Source of the DNA: Vermamoeba vermiformis
Taxonomy: Eukaryota
Reading direction: 5' to 3'
Assembly (NCBI GenBank): GCA_045837725.1
Contig: JBEWZL010000260.1
Coordinates: 372,001-436,000, forward strand
DNA: 64,000 nt
Shown: one piece after another, positions 1 to 12,245 of the stretch
Position numbering within the stretch: position 1 is the stretch's first letter
Layout of the letters: each line of letters starts with the position of its first letter
Translations under genes and position numbers: made by a program
Notes under the pieces: generated by a model
Database searches by the model: none
Told to the model about the DNA's origin: nothing
The model's input: the letters and a program-made list of their open reading frames with translations, nothing else

Positions 1-1003
1 AACAAACAATTACCTCCTGGGAATTCACTGGTGGTACGCAAACGAAGACTATAAATGTATTAGTACGCTATAAGTGCTAATTGTATTCGATTTTAGTTCC
101 GCCACCCCCAGAGGTTATTCCGATTCTGGAGTGCTACGAACAGCCGGCCAACAAAGACACATATGTAGCATACATGGGCTATCGAAACCCAACGACGGCA
201 CCGCTCTCTTATGAGGTTGGTCCAAATAACGGCTTCTTCCCAGACCCGCAAGATCGTGGTCAACCAACAACCTTCCAAAGTGGGAGATCCAGTAAGTCTA
301 ATACTAGCTATTCAAATGATATGTGATGAATATATTATGCATCATACTGAAGTTATACGTAGCGAGCTATCCGTTGAGTGCGTTCTCCTTTGGATGGAAC
401 GGAGCTGAATTGACATGGAACTTGACATCAAACTTTGTGAGGTTCAACGCGGCCAACACAGCTTTTCTTTGTCCCAAATCACTTAAAGTCGTCATCGTCT
501 TCTCAACTGCAGCGAATCTCAACGATACCCAGCTCAACGCGATTGTGCAGTCCCTGGCCAACTTCTTGGGAATTTCAGCGACACGTGTCACGGTCACGAG
601 TGTCAATTACGTGATCATTTCTTTGCCAATTGCTCGATCTATAATGCAAAGTCAGCAAGGTACACTCGAGCTCGAGATCAGTGGCACAGATTCACAGACG
701 GAGAACGAGCCTTCAGCAGCTGAAAGTGTTCAGAAGTTCGTCAACAGTGCATCGAACAGCACGCTTGTGAACGAAGTGCTCAATCCTCCGGGCACCGAGA
801 ACACCATTGAAGTCATATCGGTGAATCCGAAGTCAACGGGGGTTGAAGGCACTGGCTCACTTGTTGTCGCTCCACCCGTCACAACGCCCGTCGCACAGCC
901 TGTTACCACTACGCCGACTGCGCCCATAGGGGTTTCACCCGCAACTTCAATTTCAACTGCAATGTCATTGGTGGTAGCAGTGGTGGGGTTTTTCCTACTA
1001 TAG
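1..1003 (+). CDS. Surface protein, 5'-partial: end of L-type (legume) lectin domain + 'PILEC' domain + SEA-like domain + P/T stalk + hydrophobic C-terminus (GPI signal or TM); paralog of 1251..3244
   Basis: Window opens with QTITSWEFTG (paralog has QEITTWDFTA). GT-AG introns at ~34-96 and ~292-363 join PILECYEQ..AYMGYRN..GPNNGFFP..DRGQPTTFQSGRS to the 323..1003 ORF, which ends MSLVVAVVGFFLL*. Confidence 0.75.
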
Positions 1004-1250
1004 GCGATGGGTACGATCGGCATAAAATAGGCTCGATCTTCTTGGAGCTCGGCCTCGAGATTGTGGTAGTAACTGCTCAATTCGAGTAACTATCATCCTG
1101 CACGCATCCAATGGAACTAGTACTAAAGGTGAACTTTGGCTGCTCTTTCCTAATTTGGATCCGTGAGGAAAGAAATGTGTTCGTAGGTTAATCGCATTTT
1201 TTTTTATTTTGTACAATGAATGGCACATTTAGTCTGTAAATATTCACTAA

Positions 1251-3244
1251 ATGGTGTCATATAATTTAGGGATTTTATTTTTGTTCACTTTCGGTTACTT
1301 TACGCACCACGCGATTGCGGATTTCAGCATCGCCGCTCCGAATATTCCTGTAAATAACTTCGTACTTCAAGGAAACGGATCTATATCGACAGGAAGTATA
1401 ATTTTAAGCTTAGCCGAACAAGGTACCGGATCTGTTGTTTACTGGAGCGAGGCCCAAAACGTATTGGATGGATTCACTACCACATTAACATACCAAAGTA
1501 CGAGCTGTGACACTATTGTCTGGTCTGGAGGAGCGGACGGGTAAGATCTCGTGGGCGACTGTTATTAAAGTATTAATTTTTTATTATTTTAGTTTTGCGT
1601 TCTTCATTGCACCGTCAATTAATACTAACGAAGACATATCGTTTGGATCCTCGTTGGGTCTTACTGAAAAAACTAGCATCGCGTTAGTAGGCTTTATTGT
1701 TTGGCAAGGCAAGATCCTGTTCAAAGCAAAGTACGTCTTTGATAAGACTCTAAAGGGTCAAATATTCATTGAAATATTAGTTTTTATCGATACTCGATGG
1801 TTATTGCAATTTATACAAAGTCAAACTTTTTAAGCTTTTACTGAGTTTGGTAATATAGCGCTGTGGGCATGACTATGGGCCCTGCCGACAATGTTCCTTT
1901 TCTGCAAGACATGAATATGTTGTCTTGGCGATGCTCAGGTCCGCTTACCGTTACGATCGACTACTCCCCGCCATCCAGTTTCCGGGTAGCTAAAAAAACT
2001 ATTGGTCTATCATTTTAAAGATATTAATTCGATGTGTTTAATTAGATTAGAGCTCCAGTTACCGCAACGGATCTGACCTTCACGTTGGACATTACGCAGT
2101 ACTTTGGAGCTGGCAAATACTACCTTGGCTTGAGCGGCGCAACTGGCGGTGGATATATGCAGCAAGAAATAACTACGTGGGACTTTACAGCTAGTAAGGA
2201 TATTAATATACAATAGAATTAAATTTGAAAATTAATGTTCGGTACAGCGCCGACTGGTCTGGTACCAATTTTGGAGTGCTTTGAGGACTTAGGGGGAGGC
2301 TCTTATATAGCTCATTTCGGTTATAATAATCTCGGAAGTGTGTCCAAGCAGTTTGATATAGGCCCCCAGAACTCTTTCTCGCCAGGTGATGCAGATCGAG
2401 GTCAATTGACGACATTCGCACCAGGCAGATCTCGTACGTTAAACAAAATATATTTCACCCTTGCTAATTTCTACTAGAGTATTACCCTGTTAATGCCTTT
2501 TCGATTCCTTGGGATGGACAAACGACGACGTGGACTTTAGACGATCATCAACTTACCATTAATACTGCCAACATCAATAGTCTTTGTCCGTCAGCATTGA
2601 AAGTATCCGTTACATTTACAGCTGCGCGAAATTTGACGGATGCGGAGATAGCAACCATTGTACAATCGATCGCTACTCTGCTGCAGATCTCGCCTTCTCG
2701 AATTATTGTGATTGGATATACTTATGGCGGAGGTGTTAAACGATCGATCAATCAAGCGGATCTGGCCACACTCGAACTCGAGATCGCTGGTGCAGGTTCT
2801 GGAACCAACGAACCTTCAGCATCTCAAAGTGTTCAAACTTTCATTCAAAGTGCTTCAAACACGACTTTAATGAACCAAGTACTCAATCCTGATGGTTCGA
2901 GCACTGTAGGATTCGTTTCGTCAGGCTTGAAAGAGACCGGATCCGAGGAGAATGGCGATCGGGTGGCGCAAGCTCCAGTTGCTAGTCCTATTGATACTCC
3001 GATCTCCTCTCCAACTGATCCGCCCAACACCTCCTCGCCGCCTTCGTCATCGCCAGTTAATAGCGAAGTGCCTAGTGCTGGGCCAAGCAACGAAAATCAG
3101 CCGCAATCAGCTGCTGTGCCTAGATCTGCTGCGCCGAGTAAAACCGCGACACCACAACAGCCAGCAGATGCAAAGTCTATTGGCGGTGCAATGACGCCTG
3201 TCTATTCTCTTGTAATTATGTTTGTATTGTACGTTACTGTATAG
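1251..3244 (+). CDS. Secreted/GPI-type surface protein: signal peptide, L-type (legume/ConA-like) lectin domain, 'PILEC' domain, SEA-like domain, S/P-rich stalk, hydrophobic tail
   Basis: Spliced model gives GGADG|FAFFIAP and YYLGLSGATGGGYMQQEITTWDF, matching the legume-lectin GADGFAF and GFSAATG..I.SW.F motifs. PILECFED..IAHFGYNN..DRGQLTTFAPGRS follows. N- and C-termini are hydrophobic. Confidence 0.8.
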
Positions 3245-3501
3245 TGCAGATTGTATAAAAATAAATACCACCACGCAAGCAAAAAAGCGGCTTGCAAAGG
3301 TAAAATTGTAAAAATGTCGTCAGTAGTGACATGAATGCCAAGCGGGGTGAGGCTTTTTGAGCTGTCGTTGGATGAAATTTCGCCGAAGATTCTTTGTTCG
3401 CAAAAGTCCCCTGTTTGTCCCGTCCTGTCAAACTGCTCGCGTTTCCGTGTTCTGTCATATAATTTGATTCCATACCACGACCACATACGAATCGACTTCT
3501 A

Positions 3502-4889
3502 ATGGCAAAGTTATATCCCCTTCTCTTTGTTTTTGCTGTCGTTGGATTTGCTTCGGTAAGTCCCAACTTTGAATTAAATAATTAACTAAATATTAATGAT
3601 ATCAATAAATTAGGCTGCCGAACCAGCATGGCTAGCAGGCAAACCAATGAATCAATGGTTTGAAATTAACGGCACGAGCGGTGCTGGCGGAGCAGCACTG
3701 AATGCTTGGGGCAGTTTCGTTCTTCGAGAAGACACTACGGAGCTTTTTGTCGCTGCCAGTGGCGGCCATGGAGACTCTTATGATAATCGAGTTGTCTCCA
3801 TTAAGCTGACAGACGATCAGCCACAGTGGATCGTACGCGTACAGCCGACTCCCCAGGAACTTGTCGTTCAAGACGTGCCCTACTATAAAGATGGCTTGCC
3901 TTCTTCTCGTCACAACTATCAACACAGCATGTGGGTCCCGGCAATTAATCGCCTCATTATGTGCGGCGCTTATGCCGTGTACGGATCTGCCTATGCCTTT
4001 CCGACGATTGACGGATTCAATCCTGACACGAATCAATGGGATCCACAAAACACTTGGCCAAACATCACTTAAGGATACGGAGTGCTTCGTGAAACTAACA
4101 GCAGCATCATTTGGGCCAACAGCTTGACTCGTATCGATTTGGAGAAGAAAGAGTTGACAAAGCCAATCACCACGACTGCCAATGTCTTTGCACGCTGGCC
4201 ATGGGCGCATGACACGCGCCGTCATCAACTCTTCTCGCTGCAATTTGGAGACGGTCAAGGCTTTAATACCGAGTTAGGTATTCAAGCCGCACGTATTCCA
4301 CTAAACCCTGGTGACACGCAGTACAAAGTCACTTTCAAAAACAGCTCCACAACGGATCTGTTCATCTCCGAAGCCCCAACGTACGCTGGCATGGACTACG
4401 ATCCCATGAATGACCGTTTCCTGTTCTACTACGGTCAACTTACCTCTGTTGGTCGCATCTACGTCATCACTCCGAACGATGGCAGTGATGGTTGGGAAAT
4501 GAGCACTTTGCCTTTGGCCGACGGATCTGCAACACCGCCCTCCGCTCCTGGGGCTGGTGTCAACAAAAGATTTCTTTACGTACCTGGCCTCAATGTGTTT
4601 GTGATGCAGCCATCGGTGAGCAGCAACATTTGGTTCATTCGTGTTGGTTCTTTCGGTAAGTCAAGACACTACTGTCATCATAAAGTGAGTTAGTAGTAAT
4701 TAATTGGCGTTAGAACAAATACCTCAATCAGCGCCGTATGTAGCAAGTCCTCAAACAACTGCTCCTCAGTCATCGAACTCTCCTCAATCAAGCTCTAATG
4801 TGCCGAAAGCAAGGACGAGCGATGTTTCTGCCGTTATGAGCTACCTATCAGTGATAGTAGTGATAATCAGTCTCGTTTTAATGAGCTAA
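3502..4889 (+). pseudogene. Secreted/GPI-type putative beta-propeller protein, copy A, with an in-frame TAA at 4070-4072 (recent pseudogene, null allele or sequencing error)
   Basis: Exons 3502-3555 (signal peptide MAKLYPLLFVFAVVGFAS), 3614-4655 and 4714-4889. Collinear with copy B; ACT TAA GGA here corresponds to ACT AAA GGA (T-K-G) in copy B. Confidence 0.7.
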
Positions 4890-5135
4890 AAACCGAGCCA
4901 TTATTATTTTATGTACTAGTAAATGACGTTATTTTTGTAATACGCTAATAAATGAACGATTATATTAGGATTTGTGAGTCGGTTACCGTGATGACTGTTG
5001 ATCGATCGGTGACACTCTGGTGAAATTTCAATCCAACGTCCCCTGGGGACAGGCCTGTCCCGTCCCTTATTTAGCCATAAATACTCGTGGTCTTTAATAT
5101 ATTAAATTCCATTCCGCGAACACGAATCAGCTCTG

Positions 5136-6540
5136 ATGTTTTCAAGGTTGTATTTCCTTCTCTTTCTTTTCGCTGTCGTTGGAGCTACTTCGGTAAGTGC
5201 CAACTTTCCCACATTGGCATTTGAATATTACCTCAAACCATTGTTAGGCCGCCGAACCAGCATGGTTAGCAGGCAAGCCAATGAATCAATGGTTTGAAAT
5301 CAACGGCACGAGCGGTGCTGGAGGAGCAGCAATTGATCCTTGGGGCAGCTTCGTTCTTCGAGAAGACACCACGGAGTTGTTCGTCGTTGCTAACGGTGGT
5401 CATCATGACTCTCATGATAATCGAGTTGTCTCCATTAAGCTGACAGACGATCAGCCACAGTGGATCATGCGCGCACAGCCAACTCCCCAAGAGTTTGTCG
5501 TTGAAGACGTGGCCTACTATAAAGATGGCTTGCCTTCTTCTCGCCACAACTATCAACACAGCATGTGGGTTCCTGCAATCAATAGAATTATTCTATGTGG
5601 TGCCTACGGTGTATTTGGAAGTGGTACGGCTTTTCCCACAATTGACGGATTCAATCCTGACACGAATCAATGGGATCCGCAAAACACTTGGCCAAACATC
5701 ACTAAAGGATACGGAGTACTTCGTGAAACCAACAGCAGCATCATTTGGGCCAACAGCTTGACTCGTATTGATTTGGAGAAGAAAGAGTTGACAAACCCAA
5801 TCACCAAGATTGCTAACATCTTTGCACGCTGGCCATGGGCACATGACACGCGTCGTCATCAACTTTTCACACTGGAGTTCGGAGACGGTCAAGGCTATGA
5901 TACGGATTTAGGCGTGCAAGCGTCGCGTATTCCACTCAACCCTGGTGACACGCAGTACAAAGTCACTTTCAAAAACAGTAGTGCGCTGGATCTGTTCATC
6001 TCCGAAGCTCCAACGTACTCTGCCATGGACTATGATCCCGTGAATGACCGCTTTCTATTCTACTATGGCCAGCTCTCCTCGGTCGGACGTATCTACGTCA
6101 TCACTCCGAATGATGGCAGTGATGGTTGGGAAATGAGTACTTTGCCTTTGACTGAGGGATCTGCGACACCACCCTCTACGCCCAGCTCTGGATCAGGCAT
6201 CAACAAGCGGTTTCTTTACGTACCTGGTCTCAATGTGTTTGTGATGCAGCCATTGGCAAGCAGTAACATTTGGTTCATTCGCGTCGGTTCTTTTGGTAAG
6301 TCGAGCAGCAACAGCATTAACTTTATGCACGAGTTAGTGTTAATCGATTGAATGATATTAGAACAAATACCTCAATCAGCGCCGTATGTTGCAAGTCCTC
6401 AAACAACTGCTCCTCAATCAAGCTCGCCTCAAGGTAACTCTAACGTGCCGAAAGCAAGGACAAGCGACGTAACTCACGTAACGAACTACCTTTCTTTACT
6501 GTTGACTATTAGTGGCATCGTATTGGTGTTGCAACTATAG
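5136..6540 (+). CDS. Secreted/GPI-type putative Kelch-like beta-propeller protein, copy B (intact)
   Basis: Exons 5136-5192 (signal peptide), 5248-6295 (intronless core with GGHHDSHDN, YYKDGLPSSRHNY, MDYDPVNDRFLFY, RFLYVPGLNVFV) and 6362-6540 (S/Q/P stalk + hydrophobic tail). Confidence 0.8.
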
Positions 6541-6645
6541 AAATTTTAAATAAACTGTCATTAGTGGTCCGATCTGCGGCAGAAAAAAGTTCAGTGATGA
6601 CTCGATCCGTAACTAGTTAGAAAGGCTTACGTAACTTTTAGTAGC

Positions 6646-9425
6646 TCAATACAGGTCCTTAAGTCTCCTATTCTCTTCTTTCAGCCGCTTAATCTCTTCT
6701 AATAACTCTTGCTTCTCGCCGTAATGATGTTGCATCAAAGCATTAATTTCCATTTGTTGGATCTGGAACTGTCTTAATAGCTCCAGATGCAAGTTCTGAA
6801 CTTGACCCAGGACCTCTTCTCTGAACGATGCCAAGCTATCTGAGATAACACCTTGCAATAACTGTTGTTGAAACTGCAAAGCTTGGTTGACACTCTGCGG
6901 TGGGCTCGTGTATTCGGAACCAGATCCGCTGCTGTGACTCGCCAGTACGGCCGGCTGTAACTGCGGTGCGGGCTTCTTAATGGTCTCGGCTGCAATGCTC
7001 GCTGTACTAGACTCAACAGTCTGCATTGTTGACACGTCTGTAACTTTCTGTTGACCAAGGTTGAGGCTCTTGCGTGTGCCTGCAGGGGCAGTCATTTCTA
7101 CTGAAGGCGAGGACTGGTAGTTCGTGAAGCTGCCCGTTGGTGGCAAGTCAACTGCTGTGACGCTAGGAGTGTACTTGGGATAAACAGGGGTCTCAACTTT
7201 GATTGGCGAAACCGGTGGTCTATTGAGCTGTTAGTAGCTGTACGAGTAGGAAGCGCAACATACTCTTCGATAGAGAACGCAGCCTTGTCCTTGTGATCAG
7301 TTTTGGTGACAGGCGTTGAGAACAGGTCCGCATTGGTTGGCTTGTTGATCGTTAATGAAGGGCCAGTTGTGATGGGCGAGATGACATTTGTATTGGTATA
7401 AAGCTCGTTGCTGTACGTGTCTTTTCCTAACGGAGACAAGACATCTCCTGCCATCGGTGAGCTCATCTTCGCTGTCACTAACGGAGAAGATGTTGTGACG
7501 TGGTGAATGGGAGACAAGACGCTGAAGTTGTTGCCGGTCTTAGTGCTCAAAGGCGATAAGACGCCATTGTCGAACGACATATTAGGACCTCCTGGAGTGT
7601 GCAATGAGCGGTCCATTGATGAATTGACATCGAGGTTTGCCATTGGTCTGATGGGTGATAGAACGTCTTCAGGACGCGTTGGTGTCGCTGCAATTCATTA
7701 TTAGAACTTCCATCAATAATACATCCATAGAACTTACCCCCTTTCAACGGTGAAAGCACGTCACCTACTTCATGAGCGCCTCCTGGACGAGCAAAAGTAT
7801 CGTCTGTGGAGTCATCGACACCGCTATTAAATGACATGGCTGAAGGGCTCGTGGGGATAAAATCGTCCTTAATCAACTCGGACTACACAGACATGAGTAA
7901 TAATATCTTATACTGATCAGTTTAAACAATCCTTACCTTCACTTCAGCGTGCTGGAGTTGAATGGATCTGATGATGGTGCTATGAGCCTGAACCTCACTA
8001 ACAGCCTTAACTTCATTGCGAATGTCGTACACGATAATTTTGCCTATCGCGCAAGGTCAGTACAATTAATGTAATAAGCCACAGTTGAGAAAACCATACC
8101 CGAAGCAGTACCAACCACCAATGTATTGCCATCGTCGTGCAAGTCCATGGCCGTCAAAGGAACTTGTGTTTGAATGACCTTGGAGGCCCTATTAAGTTTA
8201 TTAATGATATGACCGAAGGCTAAGTAATAGGACGGACGTACGCTTGTTTGACTGTATCGATGAGCACGATCTTTTTATCAAGACCGGCTGAAATAAGAAG
8301 CGTTGGCATAGTTGGTGAGTAAACTATGGCACTAGTCGGTGCAGTGTGGCCTATTTCGTATGAAAAATATCAGATTAAAAGGTGTTACTAAGGCATAATA
8401 TCGCTCTTAACACGTGCCTTTGAACGCTCCAATTGGTTGCTTCTTTGTGTAGTCCCATATGTGAACTGCACCCGAATCTGCACATGTAGCAAATTGGTTC
8501 TTTTTCAACGGTGCGTATCTGATAGCCTTGAAAGCCTAAACAAATCAGAGACATTAGAACACATTCGCATACACAGTTTGAATACTATCACGCTTCAAAT
8601 ATTAAATTCCGTATTTTCGGCCTCGACTACTACTTACTGCGTCTTCTAACTTATATTGAGCCACTGTTTTGCCGCTCAGTAAGTTGTGCACATGCAGCTC
8701 TCCGTTGAGTGTACACGAGGCTAAGTGAGAGTCTGTACGGCTGAATCGTATACATGTGATAGTATCCGTGTGTGTCTATACATATATATTATTAAAACTA
8801 ACAAAATCGAGCGTAGACCGTAACACTAGCAACCGAGATCAAGGATCTAGGATCTCTAGTCTACTACATGGCAAGCTTTTGACGTACCTTGAATAACTTA
8901 ACTACGCTCTTTTTCTTTAAATCCCAAATTTTAACGAGGTTATCGGAGCCTCCTGTAGCTAGATAACGAGATCCGGTACTGAAGCACAGGGAATTCGTTT
9001 CCTAAATGCTAGTTAGCAATACTGGTGAATATTAAATGCTGCTTACGCAATTATCCTTGTCGGGGAACATTCCTAACGAAGCACCGTCGGCTCTGTTCAA
9101 ATAGATTTTTCCATCTGCACTGCACGTCGCCAATAATTTATCTAAATTATTGAATATTAATAAATAGATGCACGTAATTATGTATATCACTAAAACGCTC
9201 GTAGAAGCCGAAATAACATAATTAAATTCAAATTGATTTTCTAAAAAGGCGCCAAATAATATTACGCCCTTGCAATCGAATCTATTCAATCTCCTTACTA
9301 TTATGGTTCCAAGATACTTCGTTAATTTCGCCTTGGTGCTGTTTTTTAAATTCTACAACCGCTTCGAGCTTTGGAACTCGATAAGTTTTGATCACATCCG
9401 CAGCTGAAGCAACTATATTCTCCAT
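6646..9425 (-). CDS. NEDD1: NEDD1/GCP-WD, gamma-tubulin ring complex targeting WD40 protein
   Basis: N-terminal WD40 exons (EVSWNHN.KLLATCSADGKI, YLATGGSDNLVKIWDL, LLISAGLDKKI). C-terminal coiled coil VQNLHLELLRQFQIQQ..LLEEIKRLKEENRRLK is typical of NEDD1. Confidence 0.88.
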
Positions 9426-9701
9426 TTAACAAATATACATAAAATTCTATTGTTTCATCTATTTTACAATAAGGTGAACTAAATTGCGGTGATCCAAAAT
9501 TTTGATTCCCTCGGAATGCAACACACAACAAAAATATTAATCAACATATTATAATTTGATTTATTTTTATGTTTTTTTGTCGTTCTTGGATGAATCTTCA
9601 CCAAAATTAACGCGCATACAAAGATCCATTACAAAAACTTTGGAATAAATATACTCTTTTCGTTATCGCTATTAAGGACTTATGTTCCGATTTTAGGGCA
9701 C

Positions 9702-11306
9702 TTAAGCGGTTTGCTTTTCGTTCTTGGCGCTTTGGATGACCTTGAGAACGGAGACCAAGTTTTCTTTCCACAAGGCAACACGATCTCGCAAGGACTCCCA
9801 TTGAGCCTTGTCGAATGAGCGGTGAGATGATCGACTATAATGATATTCGTTAGTATCTTTGGCAATAAAAATAGCTCGAATTGTAATCGTCAGAAGATCC
9901 GCGTGAGCGAACCAGTAAGTGGTCATTATTTTCATTCAAATATCAACTGTGGATATTGATAATGGTATAAATGTACTGTAAGCCACGACTACTTACGCAA
10001 CAGAAATGGTTTTAGCAGTAGGATCCATTCTGGCCTCGAGCAACTTCTCGCCAACAGCGGTGATAACCCAGTATTCGACTTCATCTTCGTTTTGGAGCTT
10101 CAAAGCCTTAGAGACTTCAGCGTAGGTCAACTCGCTCTTTTGAGAGGCCAAAGAGACCAAAGTCAACATTGTAATCTTTCGGCGCAAAACATCCGCATCC
10201 AATCCAAGAGCAGAAACGTCGCCTTGAGGGAATGAAGCAAAGTTGTCCAAATCACCATTGTTAAATATTTTGAGGAGTTGGAAAACGTTAGCATCTGATT
10301 TTTCGAGAGCCTTAACGACGGGCAGACTGAAAAGCTCATCGAATTGATAGTTGTCCTTGGATTTCAAAACTTCCAAAGCATAAGCCTTAGCCTCGCCGGT
10401 GACGCTAGCAACCTCGTTGGCCTCGAAGGTCTTGAAGTATTTTAATGAAAATTTGTTGTAAAAAGCACTATAATAAAGATATTAGATCCGGTTTTATCGT
10501 GGATCCACCAAGGTCAGTACTCACGTTTCTTTTTCCTTAGTCATCTCGCGGAGCAATTTGTAAACCTCGCGCTTTTGTGCCACTGAGCTCTTCCACTCTC
10601 TGAACTTATCCTCGACGGTATCAAAAAGAGGGTAAACCAGATCGCTGTTAGATGCAGCGCATTTTAACAAGGAGACAAAAATTTCTGCTCTGAGATCGTT
10701 GTCTTGTGCCAGATTATACATATTATTCAAACTGCAAAATACAGCATTAGTCTTTTAATCACGACAATTAAGCGCTTGCACGCATTATTGTTTGTAATAG
10801 CAGTTCCATAATTATTATCAAATTTGCATTAGCATAATATTGTCAATATAATACGTACACTGTGATTTTAACCAAGGATTTTTCTGTAGGATTAGCGGCG
10901 ACAGCCTTGACTTGTTGATGCAAGAGATCTTTTGTGTTAGAGCCTCCGTGCTTCAAGATTAAAGTAGTTTGCAATCCAAAAAATCCTTCGACATCTATAT
11001 GTAATATTATTAAATTAATAATCGCGAAAAAGACTTCCACAAACCGAATCGATAATTTTTTTCGATCAGATCATCTCAAAATTCATAATTATAATAATTA
11101 CCTTTTTCTGCTCCTTGTTCCAAAACCAACTGTTGACTAGATAATAATTTCTTCAACAACTCGCTTTGTTTATTTTGTTCTACGGCTTTCTCAATATTTT
11201 TTTCGTCTGCATCGGCCTTGAGCTCTGGCTTCAATGAAGCGAGATAGCCGAACAAGTCAGCAAACTGCTCAGCTTCGCCAGTAACGTCAACAAATGTTGC
11301 ACTCAT
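9702..11306 (-). CDS. EIF3M: Eukaryotic translation initiation factor 3 subunit M (PCI domain)
   Basis: YQFDELFSLPVVKALE, RKITMLTLVSLA, EVEYWVITAV..LLEARMD and the C-terminal HRSFDKAQWESLRDRVALWKENL across spliced exons. Confidence 0.85.
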
Positions 11307-12245
11307 GTTTGCTGATAATCAAACGATTGACAAAATGAAACGACCGCGAGATCGAACCCAAAAAAACGCACCGCGCTAACGAGTGTACACACGAGAGGGC
11401 TTGCTCTTGCGAACGAGCATAACTTCATCAAGGCGTTGCACCTGAGGGTAATGTTGATCGGGGCTATCCTGCACAGGAAGCTGGAGCAGGACCGTCCAAG
11501 TGACTGCAACGTTCAACGGATTTGCGACAAATATTTGGGCAAACGGTATGTAGTGTTGCTACACGAGATAAATACGTGGTTCGTAGCTCAGCAAAGTAGT
11601 TTTGCCCGTTGCCTTGATTTAAATCCGACCAACCAAAGTTATTATTAGGCTTCACTACTTTATTAATTTTACACCTGAAAATAATTAGTAGGCAGTGTAT
11701 GTATAACATTTGTATGCCTAATTTAGCTAAATTAAATTTTCTATCGAGTTTAAAAATTACATCGTGCAACATCCACCGTGCATTCCTTTTTAGCTTCCCA
11801 GTTGCCTTTAAGCTCGCTAAAAATAGACATATACTTGATTTATGGCCGGAACATGCGAAAGAATCGTCATAATGTCCAGATTTAGATTTAAATCTGAGTT
11901 AGGAAATTCGTCTTGAATTGCAACCAAACAAAAGGTGAGAAAGTCTATCACATCCCAGCGTTGTGGCAAGGTGGTAGTCACTAATTATGGTCTTATTTCT
12001 ACCGTTGGAGCGTTCAACAAAGTTCCCGCAATTAGTATTGCTATTTATTTTTCTATTTACGATAGTCACCCACAAACGAGTATCTTTTGCTACAGACCAA
12101 GAGCCATTTATTTATTTCAGCTCGAGCTCTTATATTGGTCGTAAACGAAGCAGTTGAAACGTACTCATCCTGTATTTTTGAATCTCGTTATATTTTTTTC
12201 TTGGATGCAACTCAATTAGGCCCAAATAACTCATAAAATTATTCA

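Noticed and set aside
1709-1858. Possible GC donor plus 19-nt microexon in the lectin gene
   Set aside because: A single GTACGT..ATAG intron (1731-1858) keeps the frame more simply.
4070-4072. Stop-codon reassignment (TAA as a sense codon)
   Set aside because: TAA, TAG and TGA all terminate conserved genes here, and long exons contain no other in-frame stops.
7098-7263. Overlapping out-of-frame ORFs in NEDD1
   Set aside because: A GT-AG intron at ~7220-7263 joins them in frame.
11440-11482. TPP riboswitch-like words (CTGAG..TTGATC.GGG..CCTGC..AGGAAG) and SRP helix-8-like CAGG..GGAGCAGG
   Set aside because: No P2 GGG/CCC pairing, the GCG in J5/4 is missing, neighbours are not thiamine genes, and the SRP loop is too short with no GNRA. 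Kept only as a generic structured-RNA candidate.
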